NCBI GenBank assembly: GCA_022822855.1
Contig: JAJDYG010000019.1
Span: forward strand, 36,475 to 100,474
Length of the DNA stretch: 64,000 bases
Source: Dehalococcoidia bacterium
GTDB taxonomy: Bacteria > Chloroflexota > Dehalococcoidia > Bin125
Reading direction: 5' to 3'
Position numbers and translations under genes: made by a program. Of this stretch, positions 26,921 to 36,536 are shown one piece after another (within the stretch, counting starts at the first letter, position 1; each line of letters begins with the position of its first letter). The notes below the pieces were generated by a model. That model searched no databases and was not told the DNA's origin. It worked only from the letters and a program-made list of their open reading frames with translations.

Positions 26921-28306
26921 ATGTCCCAATATCGTTGGCTTGCCCGGCGGCGCGCCGTGGCACTTGCTCTTCTTGTTCTTGTCCTCGCATTGAGTTCTGT
27001 GTCCCTCTCCGGCTGCGGCCTGTTCGGCGGCGACGATCAGGCGACGCCCGAGGTTGTCGAACGTCCCGACAGCGCGGCAGACGGCACCGAGAATCAGAGC
27101 CCCACCGCCACTCCGGCAACCTCCGACGACGCGGCGGCAGACCAGCAGGACGAACCCACCGAGGCCGTCGCAGTCACCACTTCGCCGTCAGATGACGAGG
27201 ACGCTCAGGACGACCAACCGGCAACCGAGACCACGGAACCGGAGCAGCAAGCCGATCCGTCGATCTACATCGTGCAGCCGGGCGACACGTTGGCGGAGAT
27301 CGCCAATCGGCTTGATGTCCGCATTGATGACCTGATCACGCTCAACGGGATCCAGGATCCCGATGTACTCCACGTCGGCCAGGAGTTGAGGATTCCGGTC
27401 CCGGCAGCGGCCGACGAGCCGGATGACGATCAAGAGCAGGCAACGGTCGATCAGCAGGACGAGCAGCAAGAGCAGGCTGAGGAAGACCAGATCGATCCGC
27501 CCAGCGTCGAACTGCCGACCGTCGCCGTTCCGGCAGCCACGCCGACACAGGTGACCTACACACAGTTCCCTCAGCCGGGACCCGACCAGACCACCGACAC
27601 CATCCCCGACGCGCCGGCCAACTTCCTCCAGTACGGAGCCGCCGCGCTCCCCTGGCTGCACGGAATCAACCAGGTCGAGCCGATTATCGAGCTGTTCAAG
27701 GCCTGGCCGATGCCCGCTCTGGCCGTCGGCAACGACCGCGTCGTCCTGCTCGATACCAACGCCGACGGCCAGTTTTCGGCGGCGATCGTCTACACGGACC
27801 CCAACTCCTTCGGCGCGGCGGTGCCGTTCTCCAACCTCGTCGTCTACGACCCGGTCCCCGGCAACGCCTCCCGGTATCGGATCGCGTACGACCATGCGCA
27901 GGCCTACTCCCGCGAGGTGCAGGGCATCCAGCAGCTCAGCGATACCGACCTGACCGGAGACAACTCTCGCGACCTCACATTCCGCGAGATCACCTGCGAC
28001 GCGAGCGGGTGCGTCAGCGTCTTCTACATCCTCGTCTCGACCGGCGACGGCTACCGGACAGTGACCGGATCGGCCGCGCAGGTCGCCGAAGTCTCGTCCA
28101 TCTCGATCGAAGACCTGACCGGCGACGGCGTGCCGGACATCGCGGTCGACGGATTGGCCACCGATCAGGCGACGGCGGCTCGATACCGGTTCGTCTTTAC
28201 CGCGCAGGACGACAGCCTGGTCGAAGCAGCGCGCCTGTCCTTGGACGGCGGCGCCGCGGAGGAGGCTGAGACCGAGGAGCCCGAGGACGACTCGCTGGAG
28301 GAGTAA
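26921..28306 (+). CDS. LysM domain lipoprotein with uncharacterised C-terminal domain
   Basis: Lipobox LSGCG after an N-terminal hydrophobic segment. LysM motif YIVQPGDTLAEIANRLDVRIDDLITLNGIQDPDVLHVGQELRIPV. Acidic low-complexity linkers. Confidence 0.5.
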   Translation: MSQYRWLARRRAVALALLVLVLALSSVSLSGCGLFGGDDQATPEVVERPDSAADGTENQSPTATPATSDDAAADQQDEPTEAVAVTTSPSDDEDAQDDQPATETTEPEQQADPSIYIVQPGDTLAEIANRLDVRIDDLITLNGIQDPDVLHVGQELRIPVPAAADEPDDDQEQATVDQQDEQQEQAEEDQIDPPSVELPTVAVPAATPTQVTYTQFPQPGPDQTTDTIPDAPANFLQYGAAALPWLHGINQVEPIIELFKAWPMPALAVGNDRVVLLDTNADGQFSAAIVYTDPNSFGAAVPFSNLVVYDPVPGNASRYRIAYDHAQAYSREVQGIQQLSDTDLTGDNSRDLTFREITCDASGCVSVFYILVSTGDGYRTVTGSAAQVAEVSSISIEDLTGDGVPDIAVDGLATDQATAARYRFVFTAQDDSLVEAARLSLDGGAAEEAETEEPEDDSLEE

Positions 28307-28434
28307 CGACCCCGAGCCGGCCTGTTCCGATTGCCCCCTATGAGGCAGAGGCATAGCCTCGAACCGTAGAGTTCCGCGGCGAGAGCACGGCGCGCCCGAC
28401 GACTGCCCGCTGCGTACGACGGGTGAACTGAGCG

Positions 28435-30537
28435 ATGTCCCTGGTTGCTCGTCCCTCGAGACGGTTTGGGACGCGCTCGGCGCAGCTCTTCTGGCGACTC
28501 CCGTTGATCGGCCGGGTCCGGGTACCTCGCAATCTCGTCCCGCTGCTGCTGGCCGGGGCCGTCGGCCTGGCGGCGGGATTCGCGGCCGTCGCGCTGACAG
28601 CCGTGGTCGACGGACTGACGATCGTCTTCGACGAGCTGGGCTCCATCCTCGAGGGTCTGGCCGGCGGTTGGACGTTGATGCTGGTTCCGGCGATCGCGGC
28701 CATCCCGGTCGCGTTCATCGTCTCCAGGATCGCCGCAGAGTCCCAGGGAGCGGGCGTTCCCTACGTCATGGTCGCGGTCGAGCGGGCAGGCGGCTTCGTC
28801 CGACCGATCATCGCGCCGGCCAAGCTGGTCGCGACCGGTTTCACCCTCGGCGGCGGCGGAGCAGCCGGTCGTGAGGGACCGATCGTCCTGATTGCCGCTT
28901 CGCTGGCATCGTCAATCGGACGCTTGACCAGGCAGCCGTCCGACATGCTCGTCCTCATGGTCGCTGCGGCCGCCGCCGGCGGCATCTCCGCGACCTTCAA
29001 CACGCCCATCGCGGGCACGTTCTTCGCGATGGAGGTCGTGCTGCGCCGCTTCAACGTGCGCAACTTCACGATCGTGGTCGTGTCGGCGGTCGTCGCCAAC
29101 ATCGTCGCGATCTCGTTCTACGGCGATTCCGCCGGCCTGGACCTGCCCGACCTCGACATCAACAGCAACTGGGAGCTGTTCCTCCACGCGATCGTCGGAA
29201 TCTCAGCGGCGATCGCCGGCATTCTCTTCGTCAGAACTCGCTTCTTCACCGAGGACGTCTTCGAGTTCCTCGGAGTCTCGCTTGGAGTCAGGCCGATCCT
29301 CGGACTGCTCGGCGTCGGTGTGCTCGCGCTCATCGAGACCAACATCCTCGGCTCCGGACTCGACCAGATCAGGGTCTTCGCCGAAGGCGAGACCGCCGTA
29401 TCCACGCTGGCGATCCTGATGGTGCTGAAGCTGATCGCCGCCTCGCTGACGATCGGTTCCGGAGCCTCGGGCGGCGCGTTTGCCCCGCTGCTCTTCGTCG
29501 GCGCGACCTTGGGCGCGCTGATGGGCGCGGGATTCGAGTCGGCCTTGCCCAGCATCGTCGGTCCGACCGGAACATACGTGGTTGTCGGCATGGCCGCCGT
29601 CTTCGCCGCCGCCGCCCGCGCGCCGTTGACCTCCCTCTTCATCGTCTTCGAACTCAGCGGATACTCATTGATCCTGCCCCTGATGACCGCCGTCGCCCTC
29701 GCCGCGGCGCTGGCCCAGCTCCTGACCCGCGACACGATCTACAACGTCCGCCTGCGCCGCGCCGGACTCGATGTCAGGGACGAGCGAGCCCCCTCGCCGC
29801 TGGACGAACTGACCGTCGCAACGACGATGCGCACCGACACGCCGATCGTCTCCAGGATGGCCACGATCCAGGACCTCGCCAACGCCATGAGCCAGTCGCG
29901 AGGCAACGTCGTCGCCGTCGCCGACCAACGCAACCGCTTCATCGGCCTCGTCACCGCTACCGACGTCGCCTCCGCGGTCGAGCGCCAGGAACTCAACCGG
30001 CGAGCCTTCGACCTGGCGGTCGTCGCCCCGATCTTCGTCCACCCCGACGACAACCTGCGCTACGCGCTCTCGCTGCTGGTCGACCACGATGTGCGCCAGC
30101 TCCCGGTCGTGGCGCGAGAGGACGAGACCCGCCTGATGGGCATGCTGACCCAGAGAGACGTGCTGCGCGAGGTCGCCCAACCGACCGACCGCGAGCCCGG
30201 TCAGCGAGCCGCGCCGGCGCCGGTCCGGCGGCTGGTCGGCGCAGTCGAGATCGAGGCCCGCGTGGAACCGGGATCGCAGGCCGAGGCGACGATGGTCTCC
30301 CAGCTTCCGCTGCCCGAGGCATCGGTGATCACCGCGATCCACCGCCGCGGCGAGGTCGTCATCCCGCGAGGCAGCGTCAAGCTCGAGGCGAACGACCTCG
30401 CCATCGTCCTCTCCGTCCCGCCCGAGGAGGCGGCCGTGCGCACGCTGTTCATCAATCACGCCTCGCAGACTCGCAACAACTGGTGGTTCCTGCCCCACGC
30501 GCCGAACACGCCCGACACCGACGCCAACGATCGGTAG
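28435..30537 (+). CDS. ClC family voltage-gated chloride channel/antiporter with C-terminal CBS pair and TrkA-C domain
   Basis: ClC motifs GAGVP (GSGIP-equivalent with Ser to Ala), GREGP and GAFAP. C-terminal CBS-like repeats and a TrkA-C-like end. Confidence 0.65.
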   Translation: MSLVARPSRRFGTRSAQLFWRLPLIGRVRVPRNLVPLLLAGAVGLAAGFAAVALTAVVDGLTIVFDELGSILEGLAGGWTLMLVPAIAAIPVAFIVSRIAAESQGAGVPYVMVAVERAGGFVRPIIAPAKLVATGFTLGGGGAAGREGPIVLIAASLASSIGRLTRQPSDMLVLMVAAAAAGGISATFNTPIAGTFFAMEVVLRRFNVRNFTIVVVSAVVANIVAISFYGDSAGLDLPDLDINSNWELFLHAIVGISAAIAGILFVRTRFFTEDVFEFLGVSLGVRPILGLLGVGVLALIETNILGSGLDQIRVFAEGETAVSTLAILMVLKLIAASLTIGSGASGGAFAPLLFVGATLGALMGAGFESALPSIVGPTGTYVVVGMAAVFAAAARAPLTSLFIVFELSGYSLILPLMTAVALAAALAQLLTRDTIYNVRLRRAGLDVRDERAPSPLDELTVATTMRTDTPIVSRMATIQDLANAMSQSRGNVVAVADQRNRFIGLVTATDVASAVERQELNRRAFDLAVVAPIFVHPDDNLRYALSLLVDHDVRQLPVVAREDETRLMGMLTQRDVLREVAQPTDREPGQRAAPAPVRRLVGAVEIEARVEPGSQAEATMVSQLPLPEASVITAIHRRGEVVIPRGSVKLEANDLAIVLSVPPEEAAVRTLFINHASQTRNNWWFLPHAPNTPDTDANDR

Positions 30538-30585
30538 CAGCCGCGCGTCAGCGCCGGTTCTCCGAGGCGGCCTAGACTCCGTTCC

Positions 30586-30996
30586 ATGCCGAGACTGTTC
30601 ACTCTCGCCCAGGCCCGACGATCTTTGCCGGCCATCGCGGCAGCGGTGATCGTGATGCGCAAGCGAGCGCTGCGACTGGACGAACTCTCGGCGCTGGCAG
30701 CGTCGATGCGGCGCACCACGAGCGCCGACGGCGACCCGGTGATCGGCGACGACTCGGAGATCCAGGCCGAAATCACCAAGCTCGAAGGCCAGATCGCCAC
30801 ACTGATCGAACACATCCAGCAGCAGGGCGTCGAGGTCAAGGACATCCGCCGCGGGCTGGTGGACTGGAGGGCCGAGCGGGACGGTCGCGAGGTCTACCTC
30901 TGCTGGCAATACGGCGAGCGCACGGTGAGCTGGTGGCACGAGCTGGCCGACGGCTTCGCCGGCCGCCAGCCGATCGTCGTCGCCGAGTGGACCTGA
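30586..30996 (+). CDS. DUF2203 family protein
   Basis: [15 protein letters not shown] ... [30 protein letters not shown] ... WHEL fits the DUF2203 consensus. Confidence 0.5.
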   Translation: MPRLFTLAQARRSLPAIAAAVIVMRKRALRLDELSALAASMRRTTSADGDPVIGDDSEIQAEITKLEGQIATLIEHIQQQGVEVKDIRRGLVDWRAERDGREVYLCWQYGERTVSWWHELADGFAGRQPIVVAEWT

Positions 30997-31006
30997 GACG
31001 CCGCTC

Positions 31007-31804
31007 GTGCCGCATCATCGAACGCTCGCCCCGCCCGAGCAGCGCCGTTCCTCCACAGGCGCCGCCGCGCCCGTCATTCATGCCGAACTGAGGCGTCATT
31101 ATGACGCCCTCTACGACCTGCTGCTCGACGGCCGAGCGCCGCGCGACGCCAGACCCGTCCTCGACGCGGGCAGCGGCGACGGCCTCGCGTTGACCGCCAT
31201 CACGCAGGGCACTCCCTTGCGCGGCGTCGGCGTCGACATCGCCTCGCCCGGACAGTGGCTGGGTCCGCCAGAGTGGGACGTGATCCAGGCGGACGTCCAG
31301 CGCCTGCCCTTCGCCGACGGCGTCTTTCACTCCGCCTTAATGGTCGACGTATTCGAATGGTTGCGTCATCCGATCGCCACGCTCGGCGAGATCGCCCGGG
31401 TCACGAACGGACCGATCCTCGTCGTCCAGACCGATTGGGAAGGCTTGTGGTTCCAGGCCGACGAGGCCGAGATCGGCCGCGACCTGGTCCGAGCCTTCAC
31501 CAAGGGCGCGCCCGAGCACCTGCGAAGCCGCATCAGCAGTTCCGCCGAGGCCGCCGGACTCGATGTCAAGGCGGTCTCCACGGTCTCGATCACGGCCGAC
31601 CGACTGGAGCAGGGCGCGCTCGCCTGGGATCTGCTGGAGTCGATCCGCCGCTACCTGGTGATCGAGTCGGCGCAGGTCCGCGCACGCAGATTCGACAACT
31701 GGCGATCCGAACTGCAACACGCCGCCGACGAGGGCCAGTTCGCCATGCTCGTCCGCCGCGTCGTGGCCCTGCTTGAGCGCAACCCCGCACGCAACCCCGC
31801 ATAG
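31007..31804 (+). CDS. Class I SAM-dependent methyltransferase
   Basis: VLDAGSGDGLALTAI (motif I) ... ADVQRLPFADGVFHSAL (motif II/III). Confidence 0.5.
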   Translation: MPHHRTLAPPEQRRSSTGAAAPVIHAELRRHYDALYDLLLDGRAPRDARPVLDAGSGDGLALTAITQGTPLRGVGVDIASPGQWLGPPEWDVIQADVQRLPFADGVFHSALMVDVFEWLRHPIATLGEIARVTNGPILVVQTDWEGLWFQADEAEIGRDLVRAFTKGAPEHLRSRISSSAEAAGLDVKAVSTVSITADRLEQGALAWDLLESIRRYLVIESAQVRARRFDNWRSELQHAADEGQFAMLVRRVVALLERNPARNPA

Positions 31805-31809
31805 AGGGT

Positions 31810-32700
31810 TCAGCGCGACGGGCCGTGGCGGTGCCCCTCGCTGTGCTCGTGATCCTCCATGTGCAACTGGAGCTCATCGGCCAGCAGCAGCGTGTGATGC
31901 TCGCGCGGCTCGCTCTCTTCGCCGTGGACTTCGCCGCGCGAGAAAATCGCTAGCTCACGGCCGAAGGTCCGGCGCAGCACGTCCTCGGTCAGCACATCCG
32001 ACGGATCGCCCTGGGCGATGATTCCGCCGTCCGATGAGTTGACGCAGATCACCTCGGCATAGTGCTCGATCACCGTCGACAGGTCGTGCGTGGTCATGAT
32101 CACGGACGTGCCCAGATCGGTCAGGTCGCAGAGCACGTCGAAGAGCTGATCGTCGGAGACCGCATCCAGCGCCGCCGACGGTTCGTCCAGCAGCAGGATC
32201 CGCGGCTGCCTCGCCAGCGCGCGCGCGATCAAGGCTCGCTTGCGCTGGCCGCCCGACAACTCCTGGATCTGGCGGTCCTGCAGGTCCTGCACATCCATCA
32301 TCGCGAGCGCCCGGTCCACCGCGATTCGATCCTCGCGCGTGTGAATCAACCGGCCCAGGCGTTGTCTCCAACTGAACTGGTAGCGGCCCATCTCGACCAG
32401 TTCCCGCACCGTGATCGGGAAGCGCCAATCGACGTTGCTGACCTGCGGCATGTAGCCGAGAAACGCGCGCGCGTCCTGGGGCGCCTGGCCGCCGACCAGC
32501 ACCTCTCCCTGGGCCGGAGAAATCAGCCCCGCGATCGTCTTGAGCAGGGTGCTCTTGCCCGAGCCATTGCCGCCGATGATGCCCGTGAAGATCCCGCCGG
32601 GGATGTTCAGCGAGAGGTCCTCGAACACCCGGACTCCCGGATACCCGACCGTCACGTTGCGAATCGCGACTTCCGCTCCTGCAACTGGGGCAATCGTCAT
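31810..32700 (-). CDS. ABC transporter ATP-binding protein (metal/Zn-Mn type) with His/Glu-rich C-terminal tail
   Basis: Walker A GGNGSGKST, signature LSGGQRKR, Walker B ILLLDEP, and C-terminal HGEESEPREHHTLL...HMEDHEHSEGHRHG. Confidence 0.6.
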   Translation of the reverse strand: MTIAPVAGAEVAIRNVTVGYPGVRVFEDLSLNIPGGIFTGIIGGNGSGKSTLLKTIAGLISPAQGEVLVGGQAPQDARAFLGYMPQVSNVDWRFPITVRELVEMGRYQFSWRQRLGRLIHTREDRIAVDRALAMMDVQDLQDRQIQELSGGQRKRALIARALARQPRILLLDEPSAALDAVSDDQLFDVLCDLTDLGTSVIMTTHDLSTVIEHYAEVICVNSSDGGIIAQGDPSDVLTEDVLRRTFGRELAIFSRGEVHGEESEPREHHTLLLADELQLHMEDHEHSEGHRHGPSR

Positions 32701-32758
32701 CGAGCGCTCCGACTAGTCGACCGGTCGGCGTTTGCCGGTCGCTGATAGCCTCAGATAC

Positions 32759-33655
32759 ATGCCCAGCGTAGTTGACGCGACCGGCACGGAACTCGATCTC
32801 GAGCGTCCCGCGCGCGAGGTCGTCTCGCTGGTGCCCTCGTTCACCGAGCTGGTCTGTTCGATGCGGCTGGGATCGCGGCTGGTTGGCGTGACCAAATTCT
32901 GCGTCGAGCCGGCCGAGGAAGTAACGCCGATCCGCAAGGTCGGCGGGACCAAGAATCCCGACATCGAGCGGATCATCCGGCTCAATCCGCAACTCGTCCT
33001 GGCCAACCGCGAGGAGAACAACGAGGAAGACGTCGATGCGCTGCGCCAGGCGGGCCTCGACGTCTACGTCGGGGACGTGCGAACCGCCGAAGAGGCGCTG
33101 GAGGAAGTCGACCGGGTCGGCAAGCTGCTCGGCGGCATCTCGATGAAGACCGCCGATTCGATCAACGAAGCGCTCGAGGAACAACGCCACGTAGAGCGAA
33201 TGCGGCCGCGAGTCCGGGCGGCGGCGCTGATCTGGCGCAACCCCTTCATGGCCGCGTCGGGCGACACCTACATCGGAGACCTGCTCAGGGTCTGCGGAGC
33301 AATCAACGTCTGCGAGGACGCGGGCCGAGGCCGCTACCCGCGCCTCTCGCTGACCGACCTGATCGCCCTGGACCCCGAGGTCATCCTGCTCCCCTCCGAG
33401 CCGTATCGATTCCGCGAACGCCACGCCCAGGAGTTGCTCGCCCAGCACGGCATGACCGCCGCCCGCGAGGGCCACGTCTACCTCTGCGACGGCCAGAACC
33501 TGACCTGGTGGGGAATCCGAACCGCAGCCGCAATTCACGAAGTCGCAACCCTCCTCGATCACGCCCGAGCCGGCTGGCAAGCCGAAGCCGCCATGACCCC
33601 CGAACTCCCCCCGGGCCTCAACCTCAACGTCACCCAACAAGACGTCGTCGAGTAA
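32759..33655 (+). CDS. Periplasmic-binding-protein fold substrate-binding protein (BtuF/TroA-like, cobalamin or metal-chelate type)
   Basis: VVSLVPSFTELVCSM ... PDIERIIRLNPQLVLAN ... LIWRNPFMAASGDTYIGDLL fits the PF01497-type pattern. No obvious signal peptide. Confidence 0.45.
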   Translation: MPSVVDATGTELDLERPAREVVSLVPSFTELVCSMRLGSRLVGVTKFCVEPAEEVTPIRKVGGTKNPDIERIIRLNPQLVLANREENNEEDVDALRQAGLDVYVGDVRTAEEALEEVDRVGKLLGGISMKTADSINEALEEQRHVERMRPRVRAAALIWRNPFMAASGDTYIGDLLRVCGAINVCEDAGRGRYPRLSLTDLIALDPEVILLPSEPYRFRERHAQELLAQHGMTAAREGHVYLCDGQNLTWWGIRTAAAIHEVATLLDHARAGWQAEAAMTPELPPGLNLNVTQQDVVE

Positions 33656-33671
33656 CAGCCCCTTGGACACT

Positions 33672-34110
33672 CCCTCCCCAGTCCCCGCTTCATGCGGAGC
33701 CTGCCCCCGACTTGTTCGGGGAACCCGTTCCCTCCGAGTCCGGCGCGGGCGACCACAAGGGTCGCCCCTACAAGGCTTCGATTCTGGATCACTGAAGACC
33801 TTCCCCTCCCGTCCGATGCCCCGTGCTTGACACGGGGCCCAGAGCAACCGACTCCGCCAGAGCGACTACGTCCCGCCTCACCTCGGACGCCGCGACCCAT
33901 GATCCCAGTCCCCGCTTCATGCGGGGACCCGCTCCCTCCCCCTCCCCCCTTCCCCCGTCCGATGCCCCGTGCTTGACACGGGGCCCAGACCTCCCAACTT
34001 CGCCAGGCCGACCAACGCCAGCCTCACCTCAACCGCCGAAACCCCTCCCTCCCCAGTCCCCGCTTCATGCGGAGCCTGCCCCCGACTTGATCGGGGGGAC
34101 CCGCTCCCGT
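33672..34110. repeat. Composite array of short palindromic repeat elements (families C and D) in a long non-coding stretch
   Basis: cagtccccgcttcatgcgg(ag/gg) occurs 3 times and cccccgacttgWtcgggg 2 times. An ~85-bp unit ccgatgccccgtgcttgacacggggcccaga...cctcacctc is duplicated in direct orientation at ~33812 and ~33958. Confidence 0.6.
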
Positions 34111-34211
34111 CCCTCTCCCTCCGCAAACCCCAACACACTCACACCTGCCCACGCAGAACACCAGTACATATACCATCAACCTCCAACACACGTTCACAGA
34201 TAGGACCGGCC

Positions 34212-34544
34212 ATGAGCACCCCGCAATACACCCCGCAAGCCATCCAGGACCGCTACTGGACAATCGCCAACGACCCCAACGAACGCGGCTACTCCCAGGT
34301 CCGGGCGCTCGACTCCCTCTGTCGGCTCCTCGACCTCTTCCCGCGAGGTCAGCAGCCCGCCCCGGATCCACCCCAACCCGAACAGATCGATCCCAACCTC
34401 CTCATCGCCGGCATGACCGACGCACAGATCGACGCCCTGATCGCCAGAGAACAAGCCGAAGCGGAAGCCAAGGCCAAGGCGGAAGCCGAGCGGACCGAGG
34501 AGGACGACGAAGCGTCCAGCGAGGAAGAGGATGATCCGCTCTAA
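34212..34544 (+). CDS. Hypothetical small protein with acidic/Ala-Glu-Lys-rich C-terminus
   Basis: 110-aa ORF with ATG at 34212. N-terminal half is protein-like (YWTIANDPNERGYSQVRALDSLCRLLDLFP). C-terminal EAEAKAKAEAERTEEDDEASSEEEDD. Confidence 0.3.
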   Translation: MSTPQYTPQAIQDRYWTIANDPNERGYSQVRALDSLCRLLDLFPRGQQPAPDPPQPEQIDPNLLIAGMTDAQIDALIAREQAEAEAKAKAEAERTEEDDEASSEEEDDPL

Positions 34545-34672
34545 TACCCCAACCGCGTTTTTTTCTCTCGCACGCACGCCCAGAACCCGACGACCAGCGG
34601 GATCCGGCCCCGCACACCCACTTCCTGCCTCTCCCAAACAGCGAGGTCTGGTCTTCCGCACCCTGCCTCAGA

Positions 34673-34740
34673 GGGACCCCCTCTGTCACTTCGTGACATC
34701 TCCCCCTTGGATCGGGGGAGAAAGGGGAGGGAGGGGTTTC
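34673..34740. repeat. Family B structured repeat
   Basis: ccccctctgtcacttcgtgacatctcccccttggatcgggggagaaagggg. Confidence 0.55.
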
Positions 34741-34749
34741 GGCGCTGTG

Positions 34750-34835
34750 GAGGTGAGGCTGGCGGTGGTTGGCCTGGCGGAGTTGGTTGCTCTGGGCCCC
34801 GTGTCAAGCACGGGGCATCGGGAGGGGGCGGGGGA
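34750..34835. repeat. Inverted copy of the ~85-bp family D element found at 33812 and 33958
   Basis: Its reverse complement reads ccgatgccccgtgcttgacacggggcccagagcaaccaactccgccaggccaaccaccgccagcctcacctc. Confidence 0.55.
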
Positions 34836-34856
34836 GGAGCTGTTGCGGGCTGATGG

Positions 34857-35687
34857 CTAGAGGGGGCGGCCGCTGTCGAGCATCAGGGCTCGGGCGGCGA
34901 TCTGGGCTGCCAGGACTGCTGCGGTGGTCAGGTAGAGGAGACCGGTAGCGGCCATCATCGAGCGCATCCTCGCCGTCGTCCAGGCCATCCAGCCGAAGAC
35001 CAGCGGGAGGATGAATCCGATCACGATGCGCAGCCAGAAGGTCGGATCGCCGGTCAGCGACTGGTCGCGTCCGCCGACCGGATCCTCGATCGACACGGCC
35101 AGGGCGACGCCGAAGAGGATGGCCTGGACCAGCACCACGATCAGGAATGCGGTCGTGATCTCCACCAGCGGCCGCGCGGGGAGCCGGGGCGTAACCAGGT
35201 ACCAGTGTCCGAGCGCCAGCCCGACGGCCGACAGCCCAAGCGCCAGCGCCCCGAAGGCGAGGCTAAAGACGGTCAGCGCTTCGGGCGAGCCGGCCAGCGT
35301 CGCCGCCGTCAGACCAAGCGCGGCCAGCGAGAGCCCGCTCAACAGCCATCCGATCCGCCGCGCCCAGGCGTCGCGGTCGGTGTACAGCGCGACGTTGTGC
35401 AAGACCGAGGCGGCCGTCAGCGCGGCCAGCGTCCAGACCAGCGCCTCGCGCGGTCCCGAACGCACGGCGAAGCCCTCGACCACGTCGCCATCGAGCGTGA
35501 ACGCCGTCCAGAATGCCAGGCCGAGGACGATCGGCACCATGATCGTCGTGGCGCGCACGAATCCCGGCGTGGCCTGTCCGCGCAGGTGGACGGCGTGCAT
35601 GACCAGCGCGCCGCCGACGCCCAGCTCGATCAGCAGGAGCAACAGCGTGTACGGCAGGGCTCCCGAGGCCGACACCGCGTCGTTCAC
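34857..35687 (-). CDS. Polytopic integral membrane protein, hypothetical
   Basis: About eight hydrophobic helices; no recognisable family motif. Confidence 0.4.
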   Translation of the reverse strand: MNDAVSASGALPYTLLLLLIELGVGGALVMHAVHLRGQATPGFVRATTIMVPIVLGLAFWTAFTLDGDVVEGFAVRSGPREALVWTLAALTAASVLHNVALYTDRDAWARRIGWLLSGLSLAALGLTAATLAGSPEALTVFSLAFGALALGLSAVGLALGHWYLVTPRLPARPLVEITTAFLIVVLVQAILFGVALAVSIEDPVGGRDQSLTGDPTFWLRIVIGFILPLVFGWMAWTTARMRSMMAATGLLYLTTAAVLAAQIAARALMLDSGRPL

Positions 35688-35693
35688 CGCCGT

Positions 35694-35906
35694 CTACGAG
35701 CCCAGCTTGAGCAGCAACACTTCGCGACGCAGCCCCTCGTCGCCGATCTCGACCTGCACGCTGAGCACGCGGAAGCGATCGTCGCGGCCGCCGCGGCGGA
35801 ATCGCAGAATGTCGCCCTTGCTCCAGGGATAGTCGGTCTCGAGCGTGTCGAGCAGCGCCTCGCGCCGCTCGGTGAACGTGTCCGACTCCCAGAACTCCGT
35901 CAGCAT
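35694..35906 (-). CDS. Small hypothetical protein upstream of the membrane protein
   Basis: 70-aa ORF (MLTEFWESDTFTERREALLDTLETDYPWSKGDILRFRRGG...) ending 6 nt before the membrane protein start. Confidence 0.3.
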   Translation of the reverse strand: MLTEFWESDTFTERREALLDTLETDYPWSKGDILRFRRGGRDDRFRVLSVQVEIGDEGLRREVLLLKLGS

Positions 35907-35996
35907 CGCAACCCTCCCGCGACAGACGTACCGACATATCGTATCCCACCAACAGGCCGCAGCCTGACCACCGACTCGCAGGTCCCATGTGTCAGA

Positions 35997-36449
35997 ATGG
36001 CGGGCATGAGCGACACCGAGACGTCCCGACGCTGGTTGATGAAGGCGCTGCGCGAAGCGTCGGGCGAGATGCACGAGCTGATGATGCGCGCGCTGCGCAG
36101 CTCGATGCCCGAGGCCGAGGCATTGATCGAGCGCGCCTGGCGTCACGAGACGATCGCCGCCTGGCAACTCGGACATCTGCTCTTCCAGAACGTCGACGAC
36201 TTGCCCCTGCACGACTACGAGTGGCTCGAACAGGCCAGCACGCCCGACTGCTACGAACAGCTCCGCGAGTGGTATCACACGAGGGAGCAGATCTCAGGCG
36301 TGCTCTATATGATCTCCAGCTACGAGTGGGAACAGACCGCGAGCCACCGCTTCCGGGGAGAGCTCGACGTGGAGTCGATCGCACGCTCGCTGCATCGCAC
36401 GGACCTGGAGATCCTCAACACGCTTCGGGCTCAGTTGCAGCCGACGTAG
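35997..36449 (+). CDS. Hypothetical protein, possibly DinB/YfiT-like four-helix bundle
   Basis: ATG at 35997 within a longer ORF whose upstream part is antisense to the membrane protein. WQLGHLLFQNVDD ... LREWYHTREQ; His/Trp pattern only weakly DinB-like. Confidence 0.3.
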   Translation: MAGMSDTETSRRWLMKALREASGEMHELMMRALRSSMPEAEALIERAWRHETIAAWQLGHLLFQNVDDLPLHDYEWLEQASTPDCYEQLREWYHTREQISGVLYMISSYEWEQTASHRFRGELDVESIARSLHRTDLEILNTLRAQLQPT

Positions 36450-36456
36450 TGGGCTC

Positions 36457-36530
36457 GCCCCCCTCTGTCGCTCCGCGACATCCCCGCATCAAGTGCGGGG
36501 CAGGCTTCCCCCGCTGCGCGGGGGGAGAGT
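36457..36530. repeat. Family B structured repeat, two-hairpin subtype (extra ccccgcatcaagtgcgggg hairpin)
   Basis: cccctctgtcgctccgcgacatccccgcatcaagtgcggggcaggcttcccccgctgcgcggggggagag. Confidence 0.6.
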
Positions 36531-36536
36531 GTGATT

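Noticed and set aside
35205-35996. N-terminal two-thirds of the 414-aa plus-strand ORF
   Set aside because: It is antisense to a convincing multi-TM membrane protein and Arg/Gln-rich. Only the 35997-36449 portion looks protein-like.
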